Below, in pieces: positions 59,386 through 64,000 of a stretch of 64,000 nt of DNA. The translations under genes were made by a program, and so were the position numbers. The stretch is from Chrysomallon squamiferum (taxonomy: Eukaryota > Animalia > Mollusca). The notes beneath the pieces are model-generated. The model searched no databases and was not told the DNA's origin. It saw nothing but the letters and a program-made list of their open reading frames with translations. The DNA is taken from contig CM022674.1 of NCBI GenBank assembly GCA_012295275.1, positions 2,790,001-2,854,000 of the forward strand, in the 5' to 3' direction. Position 1 is the stretch's first letter. Each line of letters begins with the position of its first letter.

Positions 59386-60104
59386 TTTGAGTGTTTTGTA
59401 AATATTTTGCTATCAATGAATCAATGAATCAACAGATAAACAAACCCATCCATACTCTGGCACGTGGATATTTTTCTTTCTTATAAAATTCACCATGTAA
59501 CAAATTAGGGTTCTACCGTGTTGAAGTAGTTCCAGACGTTTCCTTGTTTCCTGAAAGAATGTAATGTTTACAAGCTCTGGCAGACGTTTATCGACAAAAA
59601 TCGTCGAATTTCCTGATTTGAAATGCAGCTTAGAAATGTCCCATGGTTCAAACGGTTCAGAAAATTTGGGTAACATTCGAACTTTATCTTTTTAATAGAA
59701 TCAGCTCCATATCGGGGAAGAAAACACTTTCCTTGTACGGCAATGAGATAATTAGACAGTAACAGTATCACCTAAGCTCATCAGTGACACATCAGCTGTC
59801 CCGAAGAACTGAATGTTGCAGTATAACCTGACAAACCATCTGATGTTTGTGAGATCTTCACTGGATTGTTCTCCAGTGTCAGAACATTCCCGACAACAGT
59901 GTCTATGTGCAGAGTCTAATCAGACGTACACAAGAAAAACAGAATATTCGTCCCTAAATACGTACTCACCAGTGCAAGATTCTCACAAAAGTAATGGAAG
60001 AAGGCTTTGTTGTTCATTAAGTGTTAGAGCGTTAAGCAAGATCGTAGAAAGACAAGAACGGCATGCGTCGTAGGAAGGGAAGATTACCCTCGGTTAACAA
60101 TTTT

Positions 60105-60198
60105 TAACTCGGTAGCCGAATGGTATCGTCGTCCTTTATCTGGAGTGCGGGCTAATGGGTGTCATATGTTCAAGTCTCGACAGCGGCATCTGACTTTT
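60105..60198 (+). mobile_element. tRNA-derived SINE-like head / Pol III type-2 promoter
   Basis: A-box TAGCCGAATGG (60113-60123) and B-box GTTCAAGTC (60168-60176) are 44 nt apart, followed by TTTT at 60195-60198. I could not fold a full cloverleaf. Confidence 0.6.
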
Positions 60199-61301
60199 GT
60201 GAGATAGTGTTTTGCAGTTTGTCTGTTTTTGCCAGTGCCTTTCTGAATATATATGCAGAGATTAATCAGACGTACATAAGACAATAGAATATTCAGTCCT
60301 AAATAAAGATACAGAGACACAGACGTACACACGTACATACATACAGTACTAATAGGTTCTTTTTTTTCTTTGATAATTGCAGCTTGGACGTGATAAATCT
60401 TTTCTGTTCTTCATTTTTCTTCTGACTTTAGTTCTAATATTATTTTATTTTTTATTTTATCTTATTACATCTCCTTGATACTTTTAAATAACCATACATC
60501 TTTAACTGAATGTCTACTGATGCCCGAGGTACCGACAACCGAAAAATAAAAAATCTTCTGTAATAAGAGTTACACGATCATCATTAGTTTCACGTATTAT
60601 TTATTCCACATCTCAGTCAACATCAACAGCCGTACCAAATTTATAACAAAAATAAATAAACACAAGCGAATCGGCAGCCCTGTGCGCTTAGTCTCAAGTG
60701 AGAATGGAAGACAGTTCCTATGAGCAGTTAGACAGAGTACACAGTCAGTTCATTACGATGTCTCTTCAGTTTGAATTCCAGCTCAATCTCGTATACAGAG
60801 TTCTGTCTAGCGCTAAGCTGAATACTTGAACGGGCCAAATTTTCTACGAAACGAACTCCTTTCATTTCTGTTTCCAGTTCTAACTACTGCTGCTGCTATT
60901 ATACTATTTCTACCCATGACAGCTGCTGCAACGTCTGCTACTGCTAATAATACAACTAACTAAACAGCTACTGCTAATTTTTCTGCTACTACTACGACAA
61001 TTACCTCCACTGCTACGAATACTACGAAAACTACTATGTCGAATATACAAGTATTGACGTTAATATTACAGTTAGTATTTACTGGTACCAAAACAAGTAC
61101 TTATATTGTCTACGTACGTACGTACGTACTACTACTACTACTACAACTATTGTTTATGTTGTTGTTGTTGCTATGACTTGTTAATAATTTATTGATTTTG
61201 ATTTTTTATATTATTTTAATTCTCATCGTTATTATTATTATTGTTATTGTTATTATTACTATATTATTATTATCATCATCATCATCATCATTATAATCAT
61301 C

Positions 61302-61438
<137 letters not shown>

Positions 61439-62357
61439 AAATAACTTGTAACGTTTTAATTCTCACTTCTTACTTATCTCATACAGATAACAAAAAGCTT
61501 TAATTTCACGTAATGACAGGTGGAAATTCACATAATTAGCTGTAATACTTGTAACAGGCTTGGCGTTACACGCAATCTGATCTAGCGTGTTCATTAAGCT
61601 GTGGTTTTGAATTAGGCTCCTCTCGCCTTTTCTGTCTGAAACCTTACAGATACAATCTCTTATCCAAACACCATATTCTGTAGTTGTTTCAACATAAACA
61701 GGATTATAGCTCGCTGTTTTAGATCTCCATCGCAAACATCATTACACTGCATAATGGGAGAGAATATGTTTTGAAAAGACTTTGTTAAGTAGCTTTATGA
61801 AATACGAGTACAAAGATTTTATGACTTAGCGAAAATAATGTAAAAAAAAAAAATTAATTATTTTTTTTTTTTAAATTTGGACTGTACTCTGTTGTCTTAC
61901 GTATTCAAATGATGGGCCCACAACATGCTTGCTTTAATGCATTTGTAATGAACGTATGCTACAAATTCACAAACTCGTACACCAACCTTTACAGACTGAA
62001 TTGTGTTGTCTTCGGAGGAAGTATCTGTCAAAGTGGTGACATAGTTTCCTAACGGCAGCCGTCAAAGAGAATCTCATATTTGAACTAGTTTCAAATAACA
62101 GGCAAATCACTGCTCTAGAAACAGGACTATACAGAATATGTGCATGAAGGAAAGAAGGAAGGAAGGAAAGAAGAAAGGAATGAAAGAACGACTAATTTTT
62201 CATTAATCAGCATCTCACATATTTTGGTATAAAATAAACAGATAGACAGACATATATAGATATAGAAAGAAAGACAGATAGATATAATCTATAGGTAGGT
62301 AGTTAAGTAGGCAGACAGATATATATAGAGAAACAGGCAGATATATAGGTAGGTAGG

Positions 62358-62448
62358 CAGATAAGTAGGTAGATATATATATAAATGGATCGATAGATAT
62401 ACAGATAAGTAGGTAGATATATATATAAATGGATCGATAGATATACAG
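62358..62448. repeat. 44-bp tandem duplication within a (TAGA/TAGG)-type tract
   Basis: CAGATAAGTAGGTAGATATATATATAAATGGATCGATAGATATA x2. Confidence 0.92.
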
Positions 62449-62476
62449 ACCCACAGACAAACATACAGATAGGTAA

Positions 62477-62515
<39 letters not shown>

Positions 62516-62721
62516 AACAGAGAAACAGATACAGATACAGAAAAGAAATCCAGACAGACTCATATACCTGATCTATAAACTGGTATATCTGTGTTTTTGT
62601 GCATGTTTTATTTCTCGATGCTGTACTTAACCTCATTTCATGTATTTTTTTAAAGACATTTTCCCCCCTCTGCTAAACATTACAGTGAGGAAACAGCTTC
62701 CAGAAAGACGGAGAGAGAGAG

Positions 62722-62754
<33 letters not shown>

Positions 62755-63294
62755 AGAGGTCTATAACATGTTATTTCAATTAAATACGCTTTCGACTACT
62801 AAACATAATACATCGAACATTACACAGTTTATCTTACAGAAATAATGGCCTTAATTTTCTCAAAGCCCTAATATCCAATTACAAAAGAAAAAAAAGTAAG
62901 AAAATGAACCGTGGAAGAGGTTTTAACTTCCTTACTTTGTCTCTTTCCAAATCACTGCGCCTAAAGGAACCATTGCAACTGGCCGTTAAGGTTGTCTATA
63001 ATGGATAGGTGCGCGTCCTATTGGCGGAAAATACACTGCTATTCAGTATCGATACCTAAGTACCCTTGCCTCGTCTGCATTCGCTGTTAATGTGTTTTCG
63101 AAACAAAAGCAATTACTTTGTGGGTGATTTTCTCGGCATCAATACACGGGGACTAAGATACTTGATATTGTTGCCGATGGCATTTTAATTAGGGTTATCT
63201 AGAACGTGTTCTTAACAACACAGCCAGCGATAATTATTCTGAACCCTGGCAAAGTTTCCTGCATTATCTTTTAAAGGATTAGTTACTAAAGTCG

Positions 63295-63485
<191 letters not shown>

Positions 63486-64000
63486 TGCTTTCTCTTTATT
63501 TCTCTCTCTGTCTGTCTCTCTACCTGCTCCTGTTTATCTCAACATACACTTTCTCTTTCTATGTCCGTCTCTCTTTCAGTCTGTCTGTCTGTCTGTATGT
63601 CTTCTTACAGTTCCTTAGCTATTTACCATGTAAAAGTTTGGTTTTGTTTAGTGCGTGGGTTTGTCACTGGATTCTTTTCTACGCTTGAGATATAATTTTG
63701 TTTCTGCTGAAGAACATTTAACCGAACACTTTATTGCGTTCATTTCCTGTCTGACTTAGATCCTCACGGTTATATAACCGAGGAAATACGGTACCAAATA
63801 CACGAGCTTCAACCTGAAGATGACTTGATATATTTCGTCTACTGAAATTCCGATATTTTAATGCTCAGTGATGACAATACGCGAACGTTTGTGAACATGC
63901 GCTCCTAACTTAACGATCGAATTCCGGTATTACGATGCGGACGATATTAAAAGCATACTGCGCCGATATTGGGTTTGTGTCAGCCATCTTTAAGTGTTAT

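Noticed and set aside
59470-59552. RKQGNVWNYFNTV on the - strand, reminiscent of a hAT BED-finger 'VWxYF'
   Set aside because: Followed immediately by several stops, with no intact CxxC or H..H and no TIRs found; too short to support.
61463-61735. 90-aa ORF (MRWRSKTAS...)
   Set aside because: No recognisable family and no supporting splice signals; non-ATG start.
63814-63852. CTGAAGATGAC...GTC...GAAA hammerhead-ribozyme-like core (also CTGACGA..CGAAA at ~36559 and CTGATGA..CGAAA at ~16640)
   Set aside because: GAAA is not positioned directly after a proper stem II, and/or no stem III with an NUH cleavage site and stem I can be formed.

Overview
AT-rich eukaryotic (metazoan, probably invertebrate; taxon not identifiable from sequence alone) non-coding DNA. 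It is either a gene desert or a very long intron. No intact protein-coding gene is supported: nearly all supplied ORFs are read-throughs of microsatellites such as (AG)n, (AAT)n, (AC)n, (ACCAT)n and (TATG)n. The only recognisable protein relic is a frameshifted FLYWCH zinc-finger/Mutator (MULE)-type transposase N-terminus at 56641-57055 (- strand). It lies inside an 840-bp internally deleted element with terminal inverted repeats and a degenerate 9-bp target-site duplication. Other supported features: four minisatellites (64, 60/120, 32/96 and 84 bp units), three with higher-order structure; a ~420-bp fold-back with a tandem duplication at 7.1-7.6 kb; a tRNA-derived Pol III (SINE-like) head at 60.1 kb between ~52-bp direct repeats; and several promoter/enhancer-like motif clusters. 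The window alternates, roughly every kb, between SSR blocks and complex CpG-containing islands rich in ACGT-core motifs (8 perfect TGACGTCA sites). I found no evidence for a novel multi-gene system.
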